Virus record (IMG/VR): IMGVR_UViG_3300009130_000012
Coordinates: 36,845-100,844 of that record
Length of the DNA stretch: 64,000 nucleotides
Source of the DNA: a virus
Reading direction: 5' to 3' (one strand)
The notes under the pieces were generated by a model that did no database searches, was not told where the DNA came from, and worked only from the letters and a program-made list of their open reading frames with translations. Position numbers and translations under genes: made by a program. Below, one piece after another: positions 28,089-37,575 of the stretch (its first letter is position 1; every line of letters starts with the position of its first letter).

Positions 28089-31000
28089 TTAATTACTTAA
28101 ATTAGAAATATGTCTTTCTAATGCTGATGATTTATATTTTAAAATCTGTTCCATAGATAACATATTATATTTATCTGGTATAATACCAGTTTTCTCTATT
28201 TCTACAATTTCTAAGTATGATAATTCTTCCTCATTAATTGAATTAACTACGTCCATTGCATTTAACAAACCTATATCATTTGGTTTATTCATAGCCATTG
28301 GTGGTATCACCTCTTCAATTGGGATTACTTGCTCAGTTGGTGTATGTAATGTTGGGTTATTATCCACTTCCACATTTTGTGGTACACCATCATCTACAAT
28401 TAAAACCTCATCTTCGAACTCATTATAGTCTGGCACTAAATCTAAATACTTAGCTTTTTCTTCAGCCCATTGTTTAGCAGTTGTACTGTTTGGTAACTTA
28501 TTTACGGATGTCCAGAATTTAAGTTCTTTATCTTCCATAGTCATAAGTGCTTCATAGGTGTCTTGGTCACCTTCATCTAATGGTTCTCCAGCAACTAGCT
28601 TACACTGTTCTTCACTAAAGAATTCCCTTTCTTCTAGCATATATTCTTTAGTTTTTCTATCTTTTTTAACATCAATAATAATTCTATCCCTAATCTCCTT
28701 AGAGAAACATACTAATAGACCACTAATACGTTTATTGAATGCGGAAATATATCTAGGTAAGTTATAATCTTCAACTAATAAATCTGGATTCTTTTCTAAA
28801 TCTTCTTCTGAAATCATTTTACAATTTAATTGTATTGATTTTTCACCCGTTTTTTTATCAGTAACCGTTTTTAAGTCACCATGAGATTTAGATGTACCAG
28901 TATTATAATAGTAAATAACATCTCCAAGACCAGGTGTTAAATTGTTAACTAATATTAACTCCATATGTGCTTGTCTAGGCATAGGATTACCCGCTTTATT
29001 AACTTTTTTACAGTCCTCTATGTATTGACTGTTTGTTTTCTTAACCTTACTTTTAGATGCTAACTTAGCGATAGGAATTTTATAATTATATAACTTATCA
29101 ATATATTCGTAGTATAGTTCAATAAACTCATAACCGTTACCATCTAATAATAATCTAATACCTTTATCCATAAATTCTTCTAGATATGTTGGTAATGATT
29201 TAGATTTAACTGTATTACCTACAATCTTTAATTTAATTTTAGGGTCATTATTATCGTCATAACCTTTTAATATGTTGTTAGCATAGTTCTTACGCTTAAA
29301 GTTGATGGTTGATGTACAGATATCATCAATATCTAATCCCATACGACCAATCATATACTTTTCGTTAAAGTCGGCAACTACGGCATCGACACCAGTTAAT
29401 GTTTCACCAGCTTTCTTCATAGTTAACCTATGATTACCTTTAACTAAGTATTTAATTTCATTTACTGTTTCTGGAATTGCAAAGTTAGCTCCATCAGTGT
29501 CAAGTACTAATACTCTAAACCCGTAATTTTCGGTAAAATGTTTTACCATCAAACGTAAGTATTGTCTACCTCTACAAGTGGTTTCTTCAGCGCAAGCGAT
29601 ATCACCCCATGGAAATATATATGGTGCACCAAAAGAACCAAAGAATGAGTTAGCGAGTATCTTTAATGGTAATTGTTGTGTGTCGTAGAAATTAGACATA
29701 GCTTTATCACCTTTAGCCCCGTATTCATTTTTTAATGCTTTGTATTTATCCCTAGTTTCCGCAATATATAATAACATACCTTTCATTACACCAGAAATAT
29801 CTAAATCTGGGAATATGTCGTGAGTAAGTTCAATATTTGGGTATAGTGCAGCGTAATCTAATTTAACTACATCTTTAGCATATCCAGTTTCTAATAATCT
29901 AGATAAACCACCAGTAAATTCTCTTTTAGTTTCGTAATTAGGTATTGCTAAATTATTTTCATACGACCAAGCTAACATAATCGTTTTCCATAGTGCTGCA
30001 GTACCCATAGTTGTACTTCTCATATATGATGCTGGTACTAACTTAGCTAATAGGAAAGCTGCTTGATTAAATTCGAAATCTACTTTCTCTGTTTCCCAAA
30101 GGTCATCAATAAGGTAGCGCTCTACTATGAACGCTCCAGTTTTTTCCTCATATCCATCTTCAAGTCCTCTGTCTTTATTAATTTTATAGTAATCACCATT
30201 AGTTTCATTGAACGCATATTTATTTTCATCATCATGCCAAGTTGTGAAAATCTTATCACCAGGTACATATACACGATTTGGTTTGTTAGCACCTTGAAAC
30301 TTAGTAATGTATTTAAGAGACCAAGATTTAATCTCTGAGTTTATAGCTTGAGCTTTTCTAACTGAGTGAGCAATATCGATAATACTATACCCCCACATAT
30401 TAGTTTGTTGGTAATGTTCAGTATCAGCACCGAATTTTACTGTAGAATCACGTCTAGTTAATTTTTTGTCTTTATTTAATGTTTTAGCAATTTCTTTAAT
30501 ATCTAAACCTAATATTTCTGCTCTTTGTAAAATGAAATCCCAGTCAAAAAACTCGGAGTTATAACCAGCAATTATATCTGGTTTAAAATAGTCAATTATT
30601 TGAAAAAAATTAGTGATGACTTTTCTCTCCAACATCCTTTCCTCTTTTTTAGTATCTCCTTTTACTTCTAAGACCTTTTCAAAACCTTTATTAGTCTTTA
30701 TACCAATTTGGAATATTCTGTCTCTCTTAGGGTCTAATCCAGAGGTTTCAATATCGAAATGCATTCTATGTAAATCATCATAACTATCAAACCCTTTAAA
30801 TAACCGTTTACCAGATTGTACCATATATTGTTCAACTGGTGATAATGTCATGAATAATTTAGAGTCTATTTCTGGTGGTAAAGCATTTTTAAGTGGAATC
30901 CCCATAATCTTTTTAATGGAATCAGCACATTTAAAAACATCTAATCCACCTTCTTTAAAAAATGATAATAGTTTTTGGTACGGATTATTAGTGTAGAACA

Positions 31001-31328
31001 TATAAGTAAACCCGTTAGTTAACCTATCTGGTTCGAATCCATTAGCGTCGGTAGTTATAAGTTTTTTCCATTTAACACCAAATTCACGCATTGCACGTTT
31101 AAAATTTAGTCTATTACCTCCGTAAAGATATTTAAACGCTTCTGGTTTACAATAAATAAATGGTTTAAGACTTTTAGTCTCGATATGTTTTTTACCCCTA
31201 TTTGGGTCATTAATGATTAGTTTAATGTCGGTTGTGAAATATTCACCTTCTACACCCACGATATACTTTTGTGGGTCACGACCTTCGATGAAACGTGATA
31301 TTACATCACTAGGTACAAATTCTGTCAT
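28089..31328 (-). CDS. Family B DNA polymerase with a 3'-5' exonuclease
   Basis: DIETSG, GYNSEFFDW and YLIDD exonuclease motifs; LDYAALYPN, KILANSFFG and LDTDG polymerase motifs. Confidence 0.95.
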   Translation of the reverse strand: MTEFVPSDVISRFIEGRDPQKYIVGVEGEYFTTDIKLIINDPNRGKKHIETKSLKPFIYCKPEAFKYLYGGNRLNFKRAMREFGVKWKKLITTDANGFEPDRLTNGFTYMFYTNNPYQKLLSFFKEGGLDVFKCADSIKKIMGIPLKNALPPEIDSKLFMTLSPVEQYMVQSGKRLFKGFDSYDDLHRMHFDIETSGLDPKRDRIFQIGIKTNKGFEKVLEVKGDTKKEERMLERKVITNFFQIIDYFKPDIIAGYNSEFFDWDFILQRAEILGLDIKEIAKTLNKDKKLTRRDSTVKFGADTEHYQQTNMWGYSIIDIAHSVRKAQAINSEIKSWSLKYITKFQGANKPNRVYVPGDKIFTTWHDDENKYAFNETNGDYYKINKDRGLEDGYEEKTGAFIVERYLIDDLWETEKVDFEFNQAAFLLAKLVPASYMRSTTMGTAALWKTIMLAWSYENNLAIPNYETKREFTGGLSRLLETGYAKDVVKLDYAALYPNIELTHDIFPDLDISGVMKGMLLYIAETRDKYKALKNEYGAKGDKAMSNFYDTQQLPLKILANSFFGSFGAPYIFPWGDIACAEETTCRGRQYLRLMVKHFTENYGFRVLVLDTDGANFAIPETVNEIKYLVKGNHRLTMKKAGETLTGVDAVVADFNEKYMIGRMGLDIDDICTSTINFKRKNYANNILKGYDDNNDPKIKLKIVGNTVKSKSLPTYLEEFMDKGIRLLLDGNGYEFIELYYEYIDKLYNYKIPIAKLASKSKVKKTNSQYIEDCKKVNKAGNPMPRQAHMELILVNNLTPGLGDVIYYYNTGTSKSHGDLKTVTDKKTGEKSIQLNCKMISEEDLEKNPDLLVEDYNLPRYISAFNKRISGLLVCFSKEIRDRIIIDVKKDRKTKEYMLEEREFFSEEQCKLVAGEPLDEGDQDTYEALMTMEDKELKFWTSVNKLPNSTTAKQWAEEKAKYLDLVPDYNEFEDEVLIVDDGVPQNVEVDNNPTLHTPTEQVIPIEEVIPPMAMNKPNDIGLLNAMDVVNSINEEELSYLEIVEIEKTGIIPDKYNMLSMEQILKYKSSALERHISNLSN

Positions 31329-31343
31329 AGAGTACGTTTAATT

Positions 31344-31401
31344 TTGTTACTAAAATCTTGTTACTAAAAACAAAACTACTACAAATTCAAACTCAACCCA
31401 A
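31344..31401 (-). promoter_or_regulatory. Bacteroidota-type promoter of the polymerase gene plus a tandem 12-bp repeat in the leader
   Basis: TTG (31401-31399), N20, TAGTTTTG (31378-31371); TTGTTACTAAAA at 31344 and 31358. Confidence 0.6.
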
Positions 31402-31773
31402 CTATTTTTTTATGTAACCGTCTTTTATATGAATATATAATTCGTCCCTAATAGGTGTTTTAAGTATCGTACCGTCATTAAATTTAATTACGAATTCACC
31501 TATAAAAGTACCAGATTTTTTAGTGTCTTTTTCATCCCATTCATAAGTAATAAAGTACTCTTCATAATCAGTATCACAATTACTTTCCTTTAACTTACAT
31601 GTTGCTGGTTTCATTGATATCCTCTTAGTACCATTTTCAGCGTCATACATATTAAAAAATATATCAGCATCTTGAATCATATCATGGAACTTACGATAAT
31701 CGTTTCTACCATCCTTTATCAATTCCATGATAAGGTGAGGTCTTGTACTTTTAGTTTTTATGAAAAAATCCAT
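31402..31773 (-). CDS. BppU-like Ig-fold virion protein
   Basis: FIK..STRP.L...YEW...DT...G.F.GEF.I.F pattern. Confidence 0.55.
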   Translation of the reverse strand: MDFFIKTKSTRPHLIMELIKDGRNDYRKFHDMIQDADIFFNMYDAENGTKRISMKPATCKLKESNCDTDYEEYFITYEWDEKDTKKSGTFIGEFVIKFNDGTILKTPIRDELYIHIKDGYIKK

Positions 31774-31789
31774 CTATATTACTTTTTAA

Positions 31790-32944
31790 TTATATCGCTT
31801 GCCAATCTAATGGTTGGAACCCTAAACCTTTATTTAAATTTTCAGCTTCATTAGCTTTTCTTTCTAAGTGTGTATCACTAGATAATTTTACTAAGTATTC
31901 AGAATACTCTTCAAATACTTTATCCTTTTCTTCTTTACCTTCAGACAATAAATTATCATAATCCATTGTTAAGTCAGAATTAGGTATGTTTAATGAACCA
32001 CTAAATTTACCTCTAACTCTACCCAACGCACTTTTAGATTCTGCAATTAATAATCTTCTAATATATACTTTAGATGGTTCATTAAAATCGGAGAAACTTA
32101 ATCTAGTTAATGGAACTTCACTAGGTATTTTAATAATATCTTTATTTTCTAATCTACAGTCATCAACATTTTCTGGATTAACATCATAATAGTGATACCA
32201 AACTTTACACCCGACTAAATTAATTGAGTTTGACGCTCCGCCAATACCTTGTCCAAATGACATTTTAGAACCAGGTGTGCTCATTAAATGTAATAATCTA
32301 GTTCCGTTAGGTCCAGCAGTTACTTTATAGATTAAATCACTTCTTAACATTCTGTTCTTTAAGTCCATATCGGTTTGACTTAATAAAACGTCAAATGCTG
32401 GTGCAATATAATAACCTCCGAAACCACCACTACTATTAATTCCAGCGGCACCACCTATTCCAGAACCTATACTTCCGTTACCACCAGCTAATCCAAAATC
32501 AAATCCACCATAGTTGGCTCTAAGTGCGTGGTCGATGGTTGGAGGTGTCATCCATAAGACCTCATTAACTTCTCTACCAGCTGGGATTGTATAAACCTGT
32601 TTTCCAGATTCTATATCAATATAATCCTTTTTAAGCTCCCAAGGACCTCTAGCTTGTAACCCAACTTGTTTAGAATAAGCATATGTGAATTGGTCTTGAA
32701 AATCTAACGAACGTGTTGATAATGCAAATGCAATATCAGATTTAGTAACGTCTTTACCGATAAGCGAACTCCATTGATTTTCAATCAACCAATTTTGTAA
32801 AAATGATGCGATATGTTCTATACTAATTTCTAAGTATGTACATAACATCTCATCTTCAAGTTCAACTTTTCTTAAAGGTGCACCTAAAGTATGTCTAACT
32901 TGTCTAAATAAACGTTCCTTATCTTCTTCGTTGATATTACACAT
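31790..32944 (-). CDS. Neck/head-tail adaptor protein (T4 gp13-like)
   Basis: LGAPLRKVEL N-terminus and LGRVRGKF...MDYDNLLSEGKEEK C-terminus. Confidence 0.75.
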   Translation of the reverse strand: MCNINEEDKERLFRQVRHTLGAPLRKVELEDEMLCTYLEISIEHIASFLQNWLIENQWSSLIGKDVTKSDIAFALSTRSLDFQDQFTYAYSKQVGLQARGPWELKKDYIDIESGKQVYTIPAGREVNEVLWMTPPTIDHALRANYGGFDFGLAGGNGSIGSGIGGAAGINSSGGFGGYYIAPAFDVLLSQTDMDLKNRMLRSDLIYKVTAGPNGTRLLHLMSTPGSKMSFGQGIGGASNSINLVGCKVWYHYYDVNPENVDDCRLENKDIIKIPSEVPLTRLSFSDFNEPSKVYIRRLLIAESKSALGRVRGKFSGSLNIPNSDLTMDYDNLLSEGKEEKDKVFEEYSEYLVKLSSDTHLERKANEAENLNKGLGFQPLDWQAI

Positions 32945-32971
32945 AATACACTTTTTTATATAAATAGTTTG

Positions 32972-33229
32972 TTATGCGTCTTTGATTAGGTTAATTAAAT
33001 CATCTATTGTTTTATACGATTTATCTGGAGCATATAAATTATTCTTATATTTAACTACTGGTATATTATCCGAACCAGTTATATTAATTATTTGAGTTAG
33101 AAACTCTTCATTTTTATGTTTAGATAAGTCAACCCAGTCATAGTCATAACCTATAGTTATTAATGCCTTTTTGAGTTCGATACACCAGTCGCAATTAGGT
33201 ATTCCGTATATAACTAATAATTCTTTCAT
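32972..33229 (-). CDS. Glutaredoxin-like protein
   Basis: YGIPNCDWC (CxxC) and the NIPVV cis-Pro motif. Confidence 0.85.
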   Translation of the reverse strand: MKELLVIYGIPNCDWCIELKKALITIGYDYDWVDLSKHKNEEFLTQIINITGSDNIPVVKYKNNLYAPDKSYKTIDDLINLIKDA

Positions 33230-34080
33230 TTAATAGGTAAATAGTGTTTAGATATTAATATAGGTTCTTCACTTAATTTAGGTATAATTTTATAGTATAT
33301 GGATTTAGTGTCTAAAGGTGTTATACTTCTTATTTTTCTAACCATTTTAAACGGGTCTGATTTATATCTATTAACTTTATCATTCTTTTTAAATGGATTT
33401 ATAGGTAATATAAATTTACACGTATATCTAAATCTAGCACCAGCATTTTCAATATACATTGCCATACCGCCTAGAGAATTAATAACTTCTTTAAACTGTA
33501 ATATAATTATTGGGTCTGATGATGAATATGTTGTATATGAACTACCACCCATTAAATTACCTCTAGTATCCATCATACCTCTGATTAATTCTTCCCTACT
33601 TCTATAATCAGATATTAAATATTTTTCTGGAATTCTACCATCACCATTCAATTCTTTAAGTAATTTATAACTTTTATTACTAATTTCTGATTGTGAAATT
33701 AAACAACCTAATAAATAGGGGTCAGTTGGTAACTCATCTTTAACATACTTAGCTACTCCATTATTAAGCACTTGATACTGATGAATATTATTGTTATCTA
33801 TATAAACACCTTTTTTATAAAGTTCTTCTATATTAAAATCGGTAATAATACGATTCCTTTTAATGTTCATTGTGTTGAAGCCAGTGATTAAATCCCTACC
33901 ATGGTATTTTGTGAATGAATCGTCAGTAAAATTGACTTGGTATTCATAGTCATCTCCATCTACAATGATTTCTTTAATAGGTGTTAAATCCCCACGTTTA
34001 TCAAATATGAAGTTATCAGTATTAATTTCACTAACTGGTAACCAACCATAACCACTGGCTATTAAAACATCACCTACCAT
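33226..34080 (-). CDS. Free-standing degenerate intein (Hint plus LAGLIDADG-like), probably non-splicing
   Basis: Hint N-terminal pattern (VLIASGYGW..VSEI...IFDKRG..T.I...YQVNFTDD), DPYLLG, IPEKYL...REELIRGMMDTRG, INSLG and Hint C-terminal RKIRSI. No exteins, no terminal HN. Confidence 0.75.
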   Translation of the reverse strand: MVGDVLIASGYGWLPVSEINTDNFIFDKRGDLTPIKEIIVDGDDYEYQVNFTDDSFTKYHGRDLITGFNTMNIKRNRIITDFNIEELYKKGVYIDNNNIHQYQVLNNGVAKYVKDELPTDPYLLGCLISQSEISNKSYKLLKELNGDGRIPEKYLISDYRSREELIRGMMDTRGNLMGGSSYTTYSSSDPIIILQFKEVINSLGGMAMYIENAGARFRYTCKFILPINPFKKNDKVNRYKSDPFKMVRKIRSITPLDTKSIYYKIIPKLSEEPILISKHYLPIK

Positions 34081-35933
34081 TATTTACAATCAAGAATATC
34101 ATTAATTTTATTTACCTCATCATCATTTAATTGATTTTGAGTAAAAATATTATCATCTTGCTTATCACCAATAGCTTGAGCTATAATATCTGATTTAGAG
34201 AATAGCGAATCCCAAACACGCTCATCAACAGTGTTTTTAAAAATGTTGAAGTATATAAACACTTTTTGGTCTTGTCCTATCCTGTAACATCTATATATTG
34301 CTTGCATAACATTACCAGGAACCCAATCTAGTGAATTAAATATACATACAGTACCTTTAGTTAATGTGATACCAGCACCAGCCGAAATGATATTACCAAT
34401 AAACACCTTAATTTTATCATCATTCTGAAATCTATCCACAGATGCTTGTTTAGCGGTAGCCGACATATTACCGTTATGTATAACACATTCCTTACCGAAA
34501 TGTTGTTGTAATTGTAATAATTCTTCAGTAAAATTACAAAATATAACAACCTTTCTACCTTCAGAAATAGCGTTAGTAGCTGTTTCTATCGTGTTAGATA
34601 TATTTTCTAATGCCATATGTTGTCTAAGGATACCTAACTCAATCAAGTCTTTCTCTAAGTTAGCAGTTCGTTTACCTTCAACTTTACGCTTATTTATATA
34701 ATCATCCCATAAATTATGGTATTTATCCCAAGCAGTATCACTCATTTGGTGAAATACTGGGGTAATTAATTTATCTGGCATATCTAAAACATCCTCAGTT
34801 AATCTTCTAAGCATGTTATTTTTAGTTCGCTTATATAGTTCGTCTAAATTGGATGCGCCATCGGTTAGCCATATTTGTTTAGTTCTACCACTTTTTAATT
34901 TCTTAAAAAACTTTTTACCTTCACAGTACCTTTTAGCATAATGTACCCAATTATCTGCTAATGGTGATTTAACTAGCTTTAATAAATTAAAGAAGTCCAT
35001 AGGTCTGTTAGCAATTGGTGTTCCTGTTAATAACCAAGTTCTTTCCACACCATATTTATTACAAATTTCATTCATGATTTTACCACGAATACTATCTGGG
35101 TTTTTTAAGAAGTGCGCCTCATCACAAATAACCAAATCAAATTTAGAATCCACAAAATTACTACTAAATTCAAATTCCTCATTTTTACCTTTTGGTTTTA
35201 GAGTGTGGAAATTTTTAAGAATATCGTAGTTAATAATTGTAAATTTAGCTAACTTCCATTTCTTACCTTCGATAACGGTCACATCGTCTGTAAAACATTC
35301 AATTTCTCTTTTCCAGTTGTATTTAAGCGATGCTGGGCAAACAATTAATATTCTTTCAGCACCAGTTTCTAACGCCGATATAATGGCTTGAATCGTTTTT
35401 CCTAACCCCATAAGGTCCCCTAAAATAGCGCCTTTTCTACTAACTAAGAATTTAATACCTTCTTTTTGATGGTCATATGGTGTTCTATCTAACTTGTCTA
35501 GTTTGACGTATTTGTCAAAATCAACCTCAACATTAGGCTCTTCATAGTATGGGTCATCCAATAATTGTGTTTTGGGTAACCAATACATTTTAGATTTTTC
35601 TTGATTACGTTTAATTTTACCGTAAACATGCACAGCTTTTTCGGTTTCAGCTAAAATGTATTCAATCATGATTTTTTGAGGTACGAAAGATACGTCTTCA
35701 CTCTTCTTTAATTCCTCACCCAAATATTCTGTAATTTCTATAATTTTATCAACCTTAATTGGGTCTCTTTGATGATTATTTATAATGTAATCTACTTGAG
35801 TTGTTGTAAAACTAGTTGACCTATTTTTTTCCCTAGCTAATTTTAATCTATATATGTATGGATTCTTACCTACGTAATTATCCAAAATAGTATATACTTT
35901 TAAGTCTTGTAATTCATTTAAATTAAAACTCAT
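34080..35933 (-). CDS. SNF2-family (HARP-like) helicase/ATPase
   Basis: DLMGLGKT, IVCPASL, DEAH, LTGTP and GAGITL motifs; QAIYRCYRIGQ motif VI. Confidence 0.92.
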   Translation of the reverse strand: MSFNLNELQDLKVYTILDNYVGKNPYIYRLKLAREKNRSTSFTTTQVDYIINNHQRDPIKVDKIIEITEYLGEELKKSEDVSFVPQKIMIEYILAETEKAVHVYGKIKRNQEKSKMYWLPKTQLLDDPYYEEPNVEVDFDKYVKLDKLDRTPYDHQKEGIKFLVSRKGAILGDLMGLGKTIQAIISALETGAERILIVCPASLKYNWKREIECFTDDVTVIEGKKWKLAKFTIINYDILKNFHTLKPKGKNEEFEFSSNFVDSKFDLVICDEAHFLKNPDSIRGKIMNEICNKYGVERTWLLTGTPIANRPMDFFNLLKLVKSPLADNWVHYAKRYCEGKKFFKKLKSGRTKQIWLTDGASNLDELYKRTKNNMLRRLTEDVLDMPDKLITPVFHQMSDTAWDKYHNLWDDYINKRKVEGKRTANLEKDLIELGILRQHMALENISNTIETATNAISEGRKVVIFCNFTEELLQLQQHFGKECVIHNGNMSATAKQASVDRFQNDDKIKVFIGNIISAGAGITLTKGTVCIFNSLDWVPGNVMQAIYRCYRIGQDQKVFIYFNIFKNTVDERVWDSLFSKSDIIAQAIGDKQDDNIFTQNQLNDDEVNKINDILDCK

Positions 35934-36013
35934 TGGTTAGGGCTTTATATAAATAATATAGTAAAAAACTCAAAATTTTCAAGACTCAGACCCTATTTAT
36001 ATAATAAAATTTA

Positions 36014-36529
36014 ATGAGTACTCACAAAATTCCTATAAACCGTAATAACAAATTCTTTTCAGAAGAAGACTTCCAATTGGAACAGGATTTTGGTATGGAA
36101 TATATGAGTGATATCAATCAGACGGTTATATTATTTCGTGTTGACAAACAAAGGTCATTGAATGATGATTTATATGGGGAGGCTAAGAAAGATGAAATTA
36201 AATTTTTTCCACCAGTAGAAATACAAGGTGTTGTTGAGATTGAAGACCCAGAGAATGGTAGTTATAACAATAATGGTTCTAGTAGATTACTAGAGTCTGG
36301 TAATTTGAATTTAAGCGTTTATCAAAAACATTTAGATGAAATGGATGTTGATATTAACTATGGTGATTATTTGGGTTATGCAATTAATGAGACTACTGTT
36401 AGATATTTTTCAGTATCTAATGACGGTAAAGTTAATTACAATAATGCTAATATGATTGGTGGATATAAATCGGCTTATAGAGTAATTAGTGCAGTAATTG
36501 TTGATGATAATGAATTTAGAGGCTTTTAA
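36014..36529 (+). CDS. Neck/head-completion protein (T4 gp14-like)
   Basis: DDLYGEA..KF.PPVEI pattern; late-type motif at 35994; position before the tail terminator. Confidence 0.6.
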   Translation: MSTHKIPINRNNKFFSEEDFQLEQDFGMEYMSDINQTVILFRVDKQRSLNDDLYGEAKKDEIKFFPPVEIQGVVEIEDPENGSYNNNGSSRLLESGNLNLSVYQKHLDEMDVDINYGDYLGYAINETTVRYFSVSNDGKVNYNNANMIGGYKSAYRVISAVIVDDNEFRGF

Positions 36530-36531
36530 TT

Positions 36532-37575
36532 ATGGCTACACCTAAAGGATATAGAAAAAAATTAAATCTTAATAACCCTAAAATTGGTAGGGAGCGTCGC
36601 AAGGAAATCCTTGATGAGGCAACAGTTAATACTACAAATTTACCAAAGGGGGTTATGATTGAGGATATGGATTCTGAATTTATAGAATTCGCTAATAGTG
36701 ATATGTCTATAACTATAGACGGTCAAAAGGTTCCAGTAATATTTTTATCCTTACAGAGATGGACGGAATTTGCTAAGAGTTGGCAAACTATGGATGAATT
36801 TAATAACCTTAAATTACCATTCATAACGATAGTTAGAAATCCAGATATACAACAAGGTGAAAATCAAAGCGGTTATTTTAATATACCTGGTCGTCAGAAT
36901 TTTACATACTTAAGAGTCCCTAATAACAAATATGGTAAGGATGGTTCTCAAGGTATTGATATTTACAAAATACCTCAACCAGTCGCTGTAGATGTTACTT
37001 ATGAGGTTAGGTTTTTCTCTAATAAAATGAGAGATTTAAATGAAACTCATAGAATTATACAGAAGTTATTTCAATCTAGACAACATTATATCACACCTAA
37101 TGGTCATTATATGCCATTACACTTAGAAAATGTGTCTGATGAAAGTGAAATAAATGACATAAACTCTAGGCGTTATTATGTGCAAATGTTTGAAATGAAA
37201 CTATTGGGTTACATTTTAGACGAGAATGATTTTGAAGTTAGTCCAGCTATCACTAGAATATTACTTATGAATGAGATAGCGACTAAACAACAACCTAGAT
37301 TTAGGGTTAAAACGAATAAATTAGATAAAACTATTAATATTACAATTGTATCCAAACCTAACTCTACCGATGAAGTAGAATTCACTTCTCAGTATGATTC
37401 TAGATATGACGAAATACAATTAATTTCTAATGTTAATGATGTCACAATGTTTGTTAACGAAATTCAAGTAACTTCATTTCCAATCATGGTAAAACAAGGT
37501 GATAGAATAAGATTAGTGATAGATAAAAATCCAGCATTAACTGGTAGATTTATATTAAAAGGAGTAATAATATGA
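36532..37575 (+). CDS. Tail terminator/sheath stabiliser (T4 gp15-like)
   Basis: KVPVIF...RW, LPFITIVR and PQPVAVDVTYEV patterns. Confidence 0.65.
   Translation: MATPKGYRKKLNLNNPKIGRERRKEILDEATVNTTNLPKGVMIEDMDSEFIEFANSDMSITIDGQKVPVIFLSLQRWTEFAKSWQTMDEFNNLKLPFITIVRNPDIQQGENQSGYFNIPGRQNFTYLRVPNNKYGKDGSQGIDIYKIPQPVAVDVTYEVRFFSNKMRDLNETHRIIQKLFQSRQHYITPNGHYMPLHLENVSDESEINDINSRRYYVQMFEMKLLGYILDENDFEVSPAITRILLMNEIATKQQPRFRVKTNKLDKTINITIVSKPNSTDEVEFTSQYDSRYDEIQLISNVNDVTMFVNEIQVTSFPIMVKQGDRIRLVIDKNPALTGRFILKGVII

Noticed and set aside
33226-35933. Active or split intein splicing into the SNF2 helicase
   Set aside because: The helicase is complete and stops at TAA; the intein-like ORF is in another frame and lacks both splice-junction residues and a C-extein.
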